64,000 nucleotides of DNA from Chloroflexota bacterium (GCA_014874475.1 JADBJJ010000023.1:391836-455835); one strand, 5' to 3'; numbered from the stretch's first letter, positions 21,789 through 32,461 are shown. Made by a program: numbers and translations. Notes: generated by a model not told the origin, from the sequence alone.

Positions 21789-24700
21789 TTAGTCAAACTC
21801 ATCAGAGTGGCGGTCGCTCAGGCCCAGGAGGCCCATCGCCAGGCGCGGGATGCGCGGCCGGCTCTCCTCCCGCCCGAACCGCAGGACTTCTCCGCTCTCC
21901 GTGACAGCCTCTACGGCCAGCCCGAGGCTCTGCAACTCCTTGACCAGCACCTTGAAGGAGGCCGGCACGCCGGACTCGGTAATGGGTTTCCCTTTCACGA
22001 TGGCCTCGTAGGTGCGCACCCGGCCCTGGACATCGTCGGACTTAATGGTGAGCATCTCCTGAAGGGTGTAGGCGGCACCGTAGGCCTCCAGAGCCCAGAC
22101 TTCCATTTCGCCGAACCGCTGACCACCGAATTGGGCCTTGCCGCCCAGCGGCTGCTGGGTGACCAGGCTGTAGGGACCGGTAGAGCGGGCGTGGACCTTG
22201 TCCTCCACCATATGGGCCAGTTTCATCATATAAATCATACCCACCGTCACCGGCTGGTCAAAGGGCTCGCCGGTCATCCCGTCGTAGAGGATGGCCTTGC
22301 CCAGGGTGGGCAGAGGGTCTCCTATCTCCATACTGACGCGGGGCGCCAGCAGTTCCACTTTCTCATCGGACAGGTTGCCGGTGTCGTGCCCGTGGTCGGC
22401 CAGCCAGAGGCGCAGGCAGGCCATTTGCGCCGCCCGGTCGGCCTTCTCCCGCTCCGCCACCGGACGCGGGTCATCCTCAAAAGACAGAAGGAAATCCAGG
22501 TCGTAGCCCTGTTCCCTCAACCACTCCCGCAGGACAGAGCGGCGGGCATAGGTGGTATCCCACATCAGGCGCTCCTCGTCGTAGCCCAGGTCGGTAAGCC
22601 AGGCCAGGATGTAGAGCAAGCGAGCCTCATCGTCGCTGGCCAGAGTCTCCAGAGGGTACTCCTGAGCCGCAAGCCACGCCCATGCCCGTTCGGTTACTTC
22701 TTTCCAGGCCCGGTCTATCATCCAGGCGCGGGCCAGTTCGGCAGCAATCTGCTCCTCCGTGGCGCCATCAAAGACAGGGCTGACAGCCCGAAAGCCCAAC
22801 CGATGGACGGCCCAGCCCAGGTGGGTCTCCAGAATCTGCCCGATGTTCATCCGGCCGGGGACGCCCAGGGGGTTGAGGATGATTTCCACTGGCGTCCCGT
22901 CGGCCAGGAAAGGCATATCTTCCACGGGGACAACTCGGGAGACGACGCCCTTATTTCCGTGGCGGCCGGCGACTTTATCACCCTCGGTAATCTTCCGCCG
23001 CTGGGCCACGCTGACGCGCACCATTTTCTCCACGCCGGTGGGCAGGTCGCGGTACTCGCTGCGGTCAAACACTTTGACGCTAACCACTTTGCCGCGCTCG
23101 CCATGGGGCATACGCAGGCTGGAGTCCTTGACTTCGCGCGCCTTCTCGCCGAAAATGGCCCGCAGCAGTTTCTCCTCCGGCGTCAGTTCCTTCTCGCCCT
23201 TGGGGGTAATCTTTCCCACCAGAATGTCCGAAGGGCCAACTTCAGCGCCAATGCGGATGATGCCCCTTTCGTCCAGGTCCCGCAGGGCGTCCTCGCCGAC
23301 ATTGGGGATATCTCGGGTAATCTCTTCAGGGCCCAGTTTGGTGTCCCGCGCCTCCGTCTCGTACTTCTCAATGTGGATGGAGGTGAATTTGTCGTCCCGG
23401 ATCAGGCTCTCACTGATGATGATGGCGTCCTCAAAGTTCCAGCCCTCCCAAGAGATGAAGGCGCAGAGAAGGTTCTGGCCCAGAGCCAGTTCGCCACCAT
23501 AAGTGGCGGAACTATCCGCCAGGACATCTCCTTTGCGCACCCGGTCCCCCTTGTGGACCCGAGGGCGCTGGTCTATGCAGGTGGACTGGTTGGAGCGGTT
23601 GTACTTGCGCAGGTTGTAGATCCGGCGTTTGCCGCTATCCTCCAGAACGACGATGCGGTCTCCGACGACGCTAATAACCTCGCCGTCGGCTTCGGCCAGA
23701 ACCACCTGCCCGGAGTCCACAGCGGCCTGCCACTCCACACCGGTGCCGACCAGGGGCGGCTCCGGCAAAAGGAGCGGGACGGCCTGGCGCTGCATATTGG
23801 AGCCCATCAGGGCCCGGTTGGCATCATCGTGTTCCAGGAAGGGGATGAGGGCAGCCGAGACGCCGACAATTTGCAGCGGGGCCACATCCACCAGATCCAC
23901 CCGGTCCGGGATGGTCAGCAAGAACTCATCCCCGCACCGGGCAGAGACGCGCGGGTTCAGGAAGCGCCCTTTGCTGTCCAGCCGGGTCGTCGCCTGAGCG
24001 ATGGTATAGGGCTCTTCCTTATCAGCGGAGAGGTAGACGATTTCTTTCGTTACCCGGGGGTGGATGGCAATTTCGTCCGTCCGGTTCAGGGCGGCGATGC
24101 GCTGGGCCAATTCGGGCGTCACCTCCGCACCGGCCTCGGCGATCACCCCGCCGGTCTCCGGATCCACAATCCGCTCCCGGAGAATCTCCCCCACCAGGGC
24201 GTCGGCCCTCGGTGGGACGGAGCGAATGACCTGGCGGTAAGGCGTCTCCACAAATCCGAATTTGTTGACATAGGCGAAGGTCGCTAGACGGCCTATCAGA
24301 CCGATGTTGGGGCCTTCCGGTGTCTCAATGGGGCAGATGCGACCGTAGTGGGAGTGATGGACATCCCGGACCTCAAAGCCGGCGCGCTCCCGCCGCAGGC
24401 CGCCCGGACCCAGAGCAGAAAGGGTCCGCTTGTGAGTCAGTTCCGCCAAAGGGTTGGTCTGGTCCATAAACTGGGATAACTGGCTGGAACCGAAGAACTC
24501 CCGGATAACCGCTGTCACCGGGCGGATATTGATCAGGGTGACAGGGGTGAGCGGCTCCGACTCTGGATGGAGAGACATGCGCTCTTTGACCACCCGTTCC
24601 AGGCGCAAGAGGCCCACCCGTAATTTGCTCTGGATGAGTTCACCGACGGTTTTCACCCGCCGATTGCCCAGATGGTCAATGTCGTCGGCGTACTCCATAC

Positions 24701-25718
24701 CGTTGTTGATGCGAATCAGGTGCTGGACGATGGAGACGATGTCCGCTTTGGTGACGGTCCGGCGTTCCTCCGAGACCTTCAATCCCAGGCGCTGGTTGAG
24801 TTTGTAGCGGCCCACCCGCTGGAGGTCATAGCGGCGGTCATCAAAGATCTGGGCGATGAGAAACTCCCGGGCGTTTTCCAGAGTGGCCAGGTCGCCCGGA
24901 CGGACGCGCCGGTAGAATTCCAGCAGGGCCTCTTCGGCGATCTTCCGGCTGTCCCGCGAAGCCCAGTTTGGCTCCTGGCGGAAGGTGGTGAGAATCCACT
25001 GGATTTCGGGGGAGGTGTCTACGTCCTCAAAGAGTTTCAGCAGTTCCTCGTCGGTGCCTTCGGTGAGGACGGAGGAACCGGTCCCATCATCCACGGCTGC
25101 CAGGGCGCGCAGGAAGATGGTCAGGGGGAGAGTGCGCTTCCGGTTGAATTTGAGAGTCAGATAGCCGGTCTTGCGGCTCTCAAATTCCAGCCAGGCCCCG
25201 CGATCCGGGATTAATTTGGCCAAACAGAGCCGTCGGCCGGTGGTGCGGTCTTCTTCCACTTCAAAGTAGACACCCGGGGAACGGATCAACTGGCTGACGA
25301 CAACTCGTTCGGTACCGTTGATGATGAAGGTACCGTTCTCGGTCATCAGCGGAAAATCGCCCAGGAAAATCTCGCTCTTGCTAATTACGCCCGTCTGCCG
25401 GTTTTCCAGCGCCATATCCACATAGAGGGGCGCAGCATAGGTGAGGTCCCGCTCCAGGCACTCCTCCTGGGAATGCGGAGGATCCCCAAAGCGGTACCGG
25501 AGATTGAGATGCTGGTTTTCGGGCTTGCGGCTGGGCAGGTGGAGCCGCAGGTTGCCAGTGTAACTCTCTATCGGTGAAATCTCGGTGAATAGATCCAGCA
25601 GGCCCTCCTTCTGGAACGTCTCGTAGGACTTTAGTTGGACCTCTATGAGGGCCGGCAGGCTCAGTGGACTAACCACCCGGGCATATGATTTCTTTTGGTT
25701 CATATTCCAGACACTCAT
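21789..25718 (-). CDS. rpoB: DNA-directed RNA polymerase beta subunit
   Basis: It is 1309 aa and contains conserved beta-subunit regions such as [35 protein letters not shown] and [32 protein letters not shown]. Confidence 0.95.
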   Translation of the reverse strand: MSVWNMNQKKSYARVVSPLSLPALIEVQLKSYETFQKEGLLDLFTEISPIESYTGNLRLHLPSRKPENQHLNLRYRFGDPPHSQEECLERDLTYAAPLYVDMALENRQTGVISKSEIFLGDFPLMTENGTFIINGTERVVVSQLIRSPGVYFEVEEDRTTGRRLCLAKLIPDRGAWLEFESRKTGYLTLKFNRKRTLPLTIFLRALAAVDDGTGSSVLTEGTDEELLKLFEDVDTSPEIQWILTTFRQEPNWASRDSRKIAEEALLEFYRRVRPGDLATLENAREFLIAQIFDDRRYDLQRVGRYKLNQRLGLKVSEERRTVTKADIVSIVQHLIRINNGMEYADDIDHLGNRRVKTVGELIQSKLRVGLLRLERVVKERMSLHPESEPLTPVTLINIRPVTAVIREFFGSSQLSQFMDQTNPLAELTHKRTLSALGPGGLRRERAGFEVRDVHHSHYGRICPIETPEGPNIGLIGRLATFAYVNKFGFVETPYRQVIRSVPPRADALVGEILRERIVDPETGGVIAEAGAEVTPELAQRIAALNRTDEIAIHPRVTKEIVYLSADKEEPYTIAQATTRLDSKGRFLNPRVSARCGDEFLLTIPDRVDLVDVAPLQIVGVSAALIPFLEHDDANRALMGSNMQRQAVPLLLPEPPLVGTGVEWQAAVDSGQVVLAEADGEVISVVGDRIVVLEDSGKRRIYNLRKYNRSNQSTCIDQRPRVHKGDRVRKGDVLADSSATYGGELALGQNLLCAFISWEGWNFEDAIIISESLIRDDKFTSIHIEKYETEARDTKLGPEEITRDIPNVGEDALRDLDERGIIRIGAEVGPSDILVGKITPKGEKELTPEEKLLRAIFGEKAREVKDSSLRMPHGERGKVVSVKVFDRSEYRDLPTGVEKMVRVSVAQRRKITEGDKVAGRHGNKGVVSRVVPVEDMPFLADGTPVEIILNPLGVPGRMNIGQILETHLGWAVHRLGFRAVSPVFDGATEEQIAAELARAWMIDRAWKEVTERAWAWLAAQEYPLETLASDDEARLLYILAWLTDLGYDEERLMWDTTYARRSVLREWLREQGYDLDFLLSFEDDPRPVAEREKADRAAQMACLRLWLADHGHDTGNLSDEKVELLAPRVSMEIGDPLPTLGKAILYDGMTGEPFDQPVTVGMIYMMKLAHMVEDKVHARSTGPYSLVTQQPLGGKAQFGGQRFGEMEVWALEAYGAAYTLQEMLTIKSDDVQGRVRTYEAIVKGKPITESGVPASFKVLVKELQSLGLAVEAVTESGEVLRFGREESRPRIPRLAMGLLGLSDRHSDEFD

Positions 25719-25753
25719 TCCACTCCCCCTGCAGAAATAACCCGTGAACTCAT

Positions 25754-25782
25754 ATTATAGCACCAAAAGGCAAATTTGTCAA
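25754..25782 (-). promoter_or_regulatory. consensus sigma-70-type promoter for rpoB (TTGACA - 17 nt - TATAAT)
   Basis: The minus-strand sequence reads TTGACAaatttgccttttggtgcTATAAT. These are the reverse complements of plus 25777-25782 and 25754-25759. The -10 element lies about 35 nt upstream of the rpoB start codon. Confidence 0.5.
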
Positions 25783-25929
25783 AGATAAAGAGCGCTCTCC
25801 TTACCCTGAGAAAAACCTGCACTGGCCAAAGGGGTAAGGAGAGATGGGGGGCAACAGGGCCGACGCAAGAACGGAAGACGCCAACCACTGCGAACGATCT
25901 TGGAGAGGAAAAAGATGGACACTAGAGGG

Positions 25930-27324
25930 TTATCGTCGGGATAGGGGTGCGGTGTAAGCCTTCCCTCGCCCTGTTGGCTCCAGGTACAACCGTTCCCGAA
26001 TCGCCTGGACCTCCCGCCGGAGAGCACTATCTTCCTCCAGCAATGCGACGATCCGTTCACAGGCATGCAGAACAGTAGTATGGTCCCGCCCGCCCAGCCA
26101 CTGCCCAATCTGGGGCAAGGACGCGCCCGTCTCCTGGCGCAGTAGGTAACAGGCCACCTGACGGGGGCGAACAATGCTCTGGCGCCGGCTGGAGCCTCTC
26201 AGTTCCTCTATCTCCACATTATAAAAATCCGCCACGGCCCGGAGAACGGATTCCGGAGTGACTGAAGGCCGGGCGCGCGTGACCATGTCCTCCAGCGCCT
26301 GCGCAGCCAGTTCGAGCGTCAGGGGTTGATGGGTTAGAGTAGCAATCGCCACCACGCGGTTCAGTGCCCCCTCCAGTTCCCGAATGTTGCTCTGGAACCG
26401 TTCAGCGATCAGAAAGCAAATCTCATCGGGGACGGGGATGCCCAGTTCGGCCACCTTCCGGCGCAGAATGGCGATGCGCGTCTCCAGATCGGGGGGCTGG
26501 ATATCCACGATGAGCCCCCACTCAAAGCGGGAGCGCAATCGCTCTTCCAGCGTGGCCATCGCCCTGAGAGGGCGGTCAGAAGAGATGACAATCTGCGCCC
26601 CGTTACCATGGAGCGCGTTGAAAGTATGGAAAAACTCTTCCTGTGTGGACTCTTTTCCGGCGATGAACTGGACATCATCCACCAGCAGGACGTCCACCGT
26701 ACGGTAGACTTCCCGAAATGCGTCAGTGGTCTGATGGCGGATGGCCTCAATCAGGTCATTGGTGAAGGTCTCGGCGGAGACATAGAGGGTCTGCATACCG
26801 CTGGCCCGGCAGATGTGGCCAATCGCATGCAGGAGATGAGTCTTCCCCAGGCCCACCCCCCCGTGAATGAAGAGCGGGTTGAAGGCGCGCGCCGGTTGCT
26901 CCGCCACGGCCATGCAGGCCGCGTGAGCCAGCCGGTTGCCCGGCCCAACGATGAAAGATTCAAAAGTGTAGCGGGGATTCAGGGCATTGTTGGGGCGTTC
27001 CCTCTCCAGGGACCCAGCAGTCTTTCCGGCCAGCAAGGGGAGCATGGGAGCCGCTTCCGGCTCCTCCCGTTGCTCTTCCCAGACGACAAACCGTACAGAG
27101 GCGGTCCGCCCGGTGAGGCGGGTGAGCACGCGCGTCACAACAGCCCGGAGCCGGCTCTCCAGCCAGTCACGCGCGTACGAATTGGCGACCCCGATGACAA
27201 AGACGCCATCTTCGCAGGCGACCAGGCGAGAGTTCCGCAGCCAGGTCTCAAAGGTGGCGCGCGTCAGTTCCAGCTGAAGTTCACCTAAGGCTGCTTGCCA
27301 GATACGGTTGACGTCCATACACAC
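25930..27324 (-). CDS. dnaA: chromosomal replication initiator protein DnaA
   Basis: It has the N-terminal domain, the AAA+ Walker A motif GGVGLGKTHLLHAIG, the Walker B motif LLVDDVQF, and the C-terminal DnaA-box binding helix ...RRQSIVRPRQVACYLLRQETGASLPQIGQWLGGRDHTTVLHA.... Confidence 0.95.
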   Translation of the reverse strand: MCMDVNRIWQAALGELQLELTRATFETWLRNSRLVACEDGVFVIGVANSYARDWLESRLRAVVTRVLTRLTGRTASVRFVVWEEQREEPEAAPMLPLLAGKTAGSLERERPNNALNPRYTFESFIVGPGNRLAHAACMAVAEQPARAFNPLFIHGGVGLGKTHLLHAIGHICRASGMQTLYVSAETFTNDLIEAIRHQTTDAFREVYRTVDVLLVDDVQFIAGKESTQEEFFHTFNALHGNGAQIVISSDRPLRAMATLEERLRSRFEWGLIVDIQPPDLETRIAILRRKVAELGIPVPDEICFLIAERFQSNIRELEGALNRVVAIATLTHQPLTLELAAQALEDMVTRARPSVTPESVLRAVADFYNVEIEELRGSSRRQSIVRPRQVACYLLRQETGASLPQIGQWLGGRDHTTVLHACERIVALLEEDSALRREVQAIRERLYLEPTGRGKAYTAPLSRR

Positions 27325-27841
27325 CTGTTCAGGGCAGACTCACAGGAAGAAACCATCCAATCAGGCGTATGTTGATTGAGCCCACGCGCGAAAAGGGTCA
27401 GGGGACTCCATGAATATCCGGACAATCCAGGGATAAGCCGCTATCGCAGAGGTTGAAGGGACGATCCCCTGGGGACGAAGATAGATGGGACAGTGCAATG
27501 CCCAGGTTCAGAACTCGCCTTGATTGTACGAAAAAGCGGCCAACAGGCAACCCGTTCCCCCTATCTCTACCTTAAAACCTTCTCAAATTTAAGGCTCCGG
27601 AGCCGGTGATGGCCTCCGTCCCCAAGAACCGTTTTGTCCCACCAGGAATAGGGGGTCTTCAGAATATGAGGTGTATATATGGGGATAACAAATGGAAGGC
27701 AAGGCGGAACGAAATATTTCAGCAAGATCAGCCGCTCGCGCGCGGTGTGCAAAAACGACCGGCAGCAGGCTCCTGCAGGCTGCCGGTCGTTGATCCGAAA
27801 AGGCACGGCGATTTTACTGCTACCAAAGGGTGGCCGAACCT
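27325..27841. other. candidate replication origin region (oriC) upstream of dnaA
   Basis: There is one near-consensus DnaA box, TTATCCCCA (reverse complement of plus 27700-27708), and several 6/9 matches (ATATCCGGA, TTATCCCTG). A locally AT-enriched stretch spans 27680-27740. The region coincides with the strand switch of the highly expressed genes. Confidence 0.35.
27771..27809 (-). terminator. rho-independent terminator downstream of the SDR gene
   Basis: A perfect 10-bp stem, cgaccggcag/ctgccggtcg, carries a 14-nt loop. On the minus strand the stem is followed by TTTTTG. Confidence 0.5.
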
Positions 27842-28651
27842 TCACCCGACAATAATTTCCCCGCCGTCTACCGGGATCACCGCGCCGCTGATCCAGGTGA
27901 CGGCCGGGTCTGCCAGAGCGACCAGGACGGCCGCCACATCCTCGGGGGTGGTCAGCCGCCGACCGGGATTGCGCCGGAGGGCCTCCTGTACCCACTCCTC
28001 GTGGCCGGGGATGGCCCGCAAGGCGGGGGTATCGGCGACACCGGGACGCAGACAGTTCACCGCAATCCCCCGCGGGCCCAGTTCCAGGGCCAATTGCCGC
28101 ACATGGCTCTCCAGCGCCGCTTTGGCTGCGGAGACCGCTCCGTAGGGCACCACTACTCGCTCCGCCCCCGCGCTGGAGAGCGCATACACCCGACTTCCCC
28201 TTTGCAGCAGATTATGCCGGACCAGTGCCTGCACCCAGTAGACCAGACTGTGAGCCATCACCCGCAGGGTCATATCCATCTGTTCCTCACTGATCTCGTC
28301 TTGGGGGTCGTCGGCAATAAAGGGACGAAGAGAGCCGAAGGCCAAGGAGTGGAGGACAAAATGAATGCTCCCGTTGGTATCCTGAGAGAGCACTTCCTGG
28401 ATTCGGGCCAGAACCTGCTCTCGCTTTCGGGCGTCGGCCGCATTGGTGTTGAAGAAGATAGCCCGGCGGCCCATCGCTTCAATATCGGCGACGACCTGCC
28501 GGGCCCGATCCAGCGTCGCCCGGGTATCCAGATGAACACCGAAAATATTCATCCCGGCTCTGGCCAGAGCGCGAGCCGTCGCTGCGCCGAATCCGCTGGA
28601 AGCCCCCAGGATGAGCGCCCAGCGTCCTGTCAGTTCATTCCTGTCCATCAT
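27842..28651 (-). CDS. short-chain dehydrogenase/reductase (SDR) family oxidoreductase
   Basis: It has the Rossmann motif LILGASSGFGAATARALARAG at its N-terminus and an SDR catalytic region (S...YxxxK-like, YGAVSAAKAALE). The substrate is not inferable. Confidence 0.8.
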   Translation of the reverse strand: MMDRNELTGRWALILGASSGFGAATARALARAGMNIFGVHLDTRATLDRARQVVADIEAMGRRAIFFNTNAADARKREQVLARIQEVLSQDTNGSIHFVLHSLAFGSLRPFIADDPQDEISEEQMDMTLRVMAHSLVYWVQALVRHNLLQRGSRVYALSSAGAERVVVPYGAVSAAKAALESHVRQLALELGPRGIAVNCLRPGVADTPALRAIPGHEEWVQEALRRNPGRRLTTPEDVAAVLVALADPAVTWISGAVIPVDGGEIIVG

Positions 28652-29008
28652 AGCCTCCGGTTGGAAAAGATAGGGGGTACATCATAAATAATAACACCGA
28701 TGCCGCCCTGAGGCAACGACCAACCAGGCACTGAGTTGGGTCCCACAATTATCGGGTTTCCTTTATCCAGGAAACGGAACTCAGCATTCTTGCGCGGCGG
28801 TGAACATCCAGCAACTCTATGGGGAGACTATCCCTACCCGAAGATATGGGTAAAGTCCATCTTTCCAACACCGGTGGTGGTTGTCTACTTCTCGGAAATG
28901 GGATATAATTGGAATCACGACGCTGTTCTGGCAGATATACGACACCCTACGTACAATGGGAGAGGGCTTTTTCTTCCCTTTCGTTCACCGGTGAGCAATA
29001 TGGGTCGC

Positions 29009-29185
29009 AAGAGAGCATCTGCTTCTCGTCGCCAGCGGATATTCTGGATGATCAGCATTCTGGTGGTGGTCAGTATGGCCATCGGCTTGATCGTCTCCTT
29101 CACCCCCCAGACGCCACGTGGAGTGGAGACGCCGAGTCCCACTACGCCGGGTATCCTCACCCCCACTCGCTTGCCGACACCGTAG
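29009..29185 (+). CDS. putative small single-pass membrane protein (58 aa), with a basic N-terminus, a TM helix and a Pro/Thr-rich tail
   Basis: It is MGRKRASASRRQRIFWMISILVVVSMAIGLIVSFTPQTPRGVETPSPTTPGILTPTRLPTP, a sub-ORF of the listed 28736..29185 ORF. It lies immediately upstream of the histidine kinase, and its RBS is weak. Confidence 0.25.
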   Translation, partial: KRASASRRQRIFWMISILVVVSMAIGLIVSFTPQTPRGVETPSPTTPGILTPTRLPTP

Positions 29186-29271
29186 GGAGATATGCGCAAG
29201 AGGTTTTGCAACGGTGACCCCGTCACCGCAAAAACTCCTGCATCTGAGGGGGCAGGCGAATAGGAGTCCCT

Positions 29272-31680
29272 ATGGGAATTCTGGGCCCAATATATAATCT
29301 GCTCAGCACCGGACCCGGCACCTTCGTTTACCACCTGCTGATCCTGCTGGCCCTGGAGGGGGCTGCCGGGATCGCGCTGGTAGAGTACCGGCACACCCGG
29401 AATCCGGACCAGCGGCGATTCCTGACCGCGTTCACAGTCATCCTGATCCTGCGGATTCCCCTCCTGATCCTGGGGCCTCAGGGCTATCATCTCCTATCCC
29501 CCCTTCTCTATGCGCTGGAAGTCGCCAGCCTGACGGGGATGAGTTGGGCGTTTCTCTCCCCTCTGATCGGACGGCGGGGCGGGCGGTGGTTCCTGATGAT
29601 TCAGTCGGCGGCGATTCTGGTTGCCACTTTTCTATTTTTCCCCATCTGGTATCCCCTGGTCCGCGCTGTACCCTTCTTTGAATACACCGCGTTCTGGCAA
29701 CAGACCGTCTGGGACGTGTGGGCAACCCTGCTGGCCATCTTCAGTGGGCTGTACCTGGTCCTGCAACAGCGACGAGGGGAATATCTGCTGCCGGGCATCG
29801 CCTTTCTCATCATTGCCCTGGGCAATGGGTTGGTCACTCTGGACCAGACAGGGTTGGGCCGGCTGGTCAATCTCTTCGGCTACCCCCTGATCTCTGTGGT
29901 CGTGTATCGGGCGGCCCTGCAGGACCTCTGGGCCTACCGGCAAGAACTGCAAACTCTGAGTGAGCGCTCTCTCCGGCAGACGCAAGAACTGATTTCCATG
30001 CTGGGGGTTAGCCAGGCACTCAGTGCATCTCTGGAACTGGAACCGGTCCTGAAGCAGGTGGTGGAGCACATCGCCCAGGCGCTGGATGCGGACCGGGCGG
30101 CGGTCCTGCTGCAACCCTCGGAAGAACCCCCCGGCCCCTTGGGAGAGGGGACATCTGAGAACCTGCGCCTGATGGCTCTGTATGCCCCTCTGACCGGACA
30201 TCTGGCGCTGAAGGGTCCCGTCGACGTCCCATTAGACCAGTATCCTCTGCTGGCCCATTCCGTCCGCCGCCGCCGACGCCTGATCCTGCCCCTCCATCGT
30301 CCTGAACCGGACCTGCAATCCCTCTGCGATCTCCTGCAGAGTCCGAAAGGAGGGACAGCGATCGTACAACCGATAGTCCGGAGAGACTGGGTTATGGGGA
30401 TGCTGATTGTCGTCAATGACCACCGACAGCGTCCCTTTGAAAGCCGAGATATCCGCCTATGCGAATCTATCGCGGCTCAAATGGCGGCAGCGATTGAGAA
30501 TGTCTATCTCTACCGTCGCCTGGAGCGGGAGGTCCAATGTCTGGAACAGGCACTCCGGGAGCGGGAGCGGGAGGCCTCGCTGCGCGAGGCTATCCTGGAG
30601 AGTACGACTGAAGGGATTATCGTGACCGATGAGCAGGGAGTGGCCATCCGGTTGAACGCGGCGGCAGAGCGCATATTGGGAGTGCCACGAGAACGCCTGC
30701 TGGGCCGCCCTGTTCAGCCAGCGCTGGAGGCGATTGCGGGGCGATCTCTGGAGGATGTGGCCCGCCTTCAATCGCCGTTCCATATTCTCTTTGAACTGGA
30801 GGGGAAGCAAATTGCGGTCAGCGCAGCGCCCGTTCGTCTCCCCTCTGGCGAGCACCTGGGCACGGTGGCCGTACTGCGGGATGTCACCCGAGAAGTCCAG
30901 GCCGAGAAGTCCAAACGGGAATTCATCGCCCACATATCTCACGAACTCCGGACACCCCTCACCGCTATCCTGGGCTACAGCGAGGTGCTCTACGGTGGCT
31001 TAGTGGGCCCGCTATCTTCCACCCAGGCTACATTTCTCCATATCATCCATGACCACGCCCGTCGGCTGGTTGGGATTGCCAACAATCTCATCGCCATTGC
31101 CGAAAGCGAGCGGGGACACCTGGAACTGAATTACGTCCCGACCGATATGGCCTTGCTGGTCGGCGAGGTCCTGGAATCCTTTGTCCCCCAGATGCAGGCG
31201 CGACAACTGGAGTGGCGGCTGGAGGTGGCAGATGACCTGCCCCAGGTGGAGGTGGACCCGCTGCGGATTCGTCAGGTGGTGAGCAATCTGATCAGCAACG
31301 CGGTCAAATTCACCTATCCGGGCGGTCGGATAACGGCGGGGGTGGCGACGGTGCCGGAACCGGGGGGAGCCCCTCCCCACTTCTGCCGTCTCTGGATTCA
31401 GGATACCGGCATTGGCATTCCGCTGGAGGAGCAATCCCGGATTTGGGAACGGTTCTACCACACCGATGACCCGTTGCGAATGGCAGCGGGAGGTATGGGG
31501 GTGGGACTCTCCATCGTCAAGTCCCTGGTGGAAGCCCACGGAGGGCGCGTCTGGCTGGAATCCGCGCCGGGACAGGGGAGCACCTTTACTGTGCTGCTGC
31601 CGATTCGTCGGCCCTCCTCGCCGGCCCTTGCACCGGGGGCTCCCGACGAGTACCCCTCTATAGAGGCAGCCCTGGGATAA
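29272..31680 (+). CDS. multi-pass membrane sensor histidine kinase (GAF and PAS sensory domains, HisKA, HATPase_c)
   Basis: The N-terminus has about 8 hydrophobic helices, followed by GAF-like and PAS (...ILESTTEGIIVTDEQGVAIRLNAAAERILG...) regions. The H-box HISHELRTPL and the C-terminal ATPase motifs DTGIGIP and GGMGVGLSIVK are present. No adjacent response regulator is found. Confidence 0.9.
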   Translation: MGILGPIYNLLSTGPGTFVYHLLILLALEGAAGIALVEYRHTRNPDQRRFLTAFTVILILRIPLLILGPQGYHLLSPLLYALEVASLTGMSWAFLSPLIGRRGGRWFLMIQSAAILVATFLFFPIWYPLVRAVPFFEYTAFWQQTVWDVWATLLAIFSGLYLVLQQRRGEYLLPGIAFLIIALGNGLVTLDQTGLGRLVNLFGYPLISVVVYRAALQDLWAYRQELQTLSERSLRQTQELISMLGVSQALSASLELEPVLKQVVEHIAQALDADRAAVLLQPSEEPPGPLGEGTSENLRLMALYAPLTGHLALKGPVDVPLDQYPLLAHSVRRRRRLILPLHRPEPDLQSLCDLLQSPKGGTAIVQPIVRRDWVMGMLIVVNDHRQRPFESRDIRLCESIAAQMAAAIENVYLYRRLEREVQCLEQALREREREASLREAILESTTEGIIVTDEQGVAIRLNAAAERILGVPRERLLGRPVQPALEAIAGRSLEDVARLQSPFHILFELEGKQIAVSAAPVRLPSGEHLGTVAVLRDVTREVQAEKSKREFIAHISHELRTPLTAILGYSEVLYGGLVGPLSSTQATFLHIIHDHARRLVGIANNLIAIAESERGHLELNYVPTDMALLVGEVLESFVPQMQARQLEWRLEVADDLPQVEVDPLRIRQVVSNLISNAVKFTYPGGRITAGVATVPEPGGAPPHFCRLWIQDTGIGIPLEEQSRIWERFYHTDDPLRMAAGGMGVGLSIVKSLVEAHGGRVWLESAPGQGSTFTVLLPIRRPSSPALAPGAPDEYPSIEAALG

Positions 31681-31693
31681 CCCCCAAGCCCCC

Positions 31694-32356
31694 TCAGCGG
31701 ACCTGCCGGATGACCATCACGACCTTACCCTGAATTTGCACCTGACGGGGGTCGTCTATGTAGATGGGCTCCATCGTCGGGTTGGCGGGCTGAAGACGCA
31801 CCCGGCCCCCTTCCCGGTAGACCCGCTTCAGGGTTGCCTCCTCCCGGTCCCGCAGCCAGACAGCGGCCATTTCCCCGTTCGCTACCTCCTCGGTGGGGCG
31901 CATAATGACAATGTCGCCGTCGTGGACCATCGCATCTATCATAGAATTCCCCCGAACCCGCAGAGCATAGAGGTTCTGAGGGTCTCCCACGATACTGCGC
32001 GTCAGTTCAATCGTCTCCTCCACGCCCAGCAGGGAGAAATCGGAAGAGGGGACGGGAATGGGTTCGCCCGCCGCAATGTCACCCAGAAGGGGGATAGAGA
32101 CAGTCGCGCCGAATCCCAACCCTTGTGCGCCGGCCGCCGTGAGACGGATGCCTCGGGAAGAGCGCGGGTCCCGCTCTATCCATCCCGACTGTTCCAGCCG
32201 CTTCAGGTAGTAATCCACTACCGAGGTGGACGAAATCCCCGTCTCCCGGGCGATGTCCCGGACGGTGGGGGGATAGCCCCGTTCATGGATGAAATCCCGA
32301 ACGCACTCCAGAATGCGCCGCTTCTGCCCCTTTACCTCTTCCCGTTGTCTGTTCAT
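31694..32356 (-). CDS. lexA: LexA repressor (S24 peptidase)
   Basis: It has an N-terminal winged-helix DNA-binding domain, the Ala-Gly cleavage region (DIAAG), the catalytic Ser (GNSMID) and the catalytic Lys (TLKRV). Confidence 0.95.
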   Translation of the reverse strand: MNRQREEVKGQKRRILECVRDFIHERGYPPTVRDIARETGISSTSVVDYYLKRLEQSGWIERDPRSSRGIRLTAAGAQGLGFGATVSIPLLGDIAAGEPIPVPSSDFSLLGVEETIELTRSIVGDPQNLYALRVRGNSMIDAMVHDGDIVIMRPTEEVANGEMAAVWLRDREEATLKRVYREGGRVRLQPANPTMEPIYIDDPRQVQIQGKVVMVIRQVR

Positions 32357-32393
32357 TGGGGCCTCCTGATGGAGAATCTTCGTTATATTATAA

Positions 32394-32407
32394 CGAACAT
32401 CCGTTCG
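32394..32407. promoter_or_regulatory. putative LexA operator (Cheo-box type CGAAC-N4-GTTCG) overlapping the lexA promoter
   Basis: CGAACATCCGTTCG is a perfect GAAC-N4-GTTC dyad. It lies immediately upstream of the -10 TATAAT (minus strand, plus 32387-32392) of lexA. A second 19-nt perfect palindrome, TTCGTTATATTATAACGAA, lies at 32379-32397. Confidence 0.5.
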
Positions 32408-32433
32408 GTGTCAACTCAACAGCCAAGCAGCAT

Positions 32434-32461
32434 TTGCGCTTCTCTCTTCTTGAGGTATAAT
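32434..32461 (+). promoter_or_regulatory. putative sigma-70 promoter of the SPFH-cupin operon
   Basis: The sequence reads TTGCGC - 16 nt - TATAAT, with an AGGAGG RBS 7 nt before the ATG at 32518. Confidence 0.35.
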
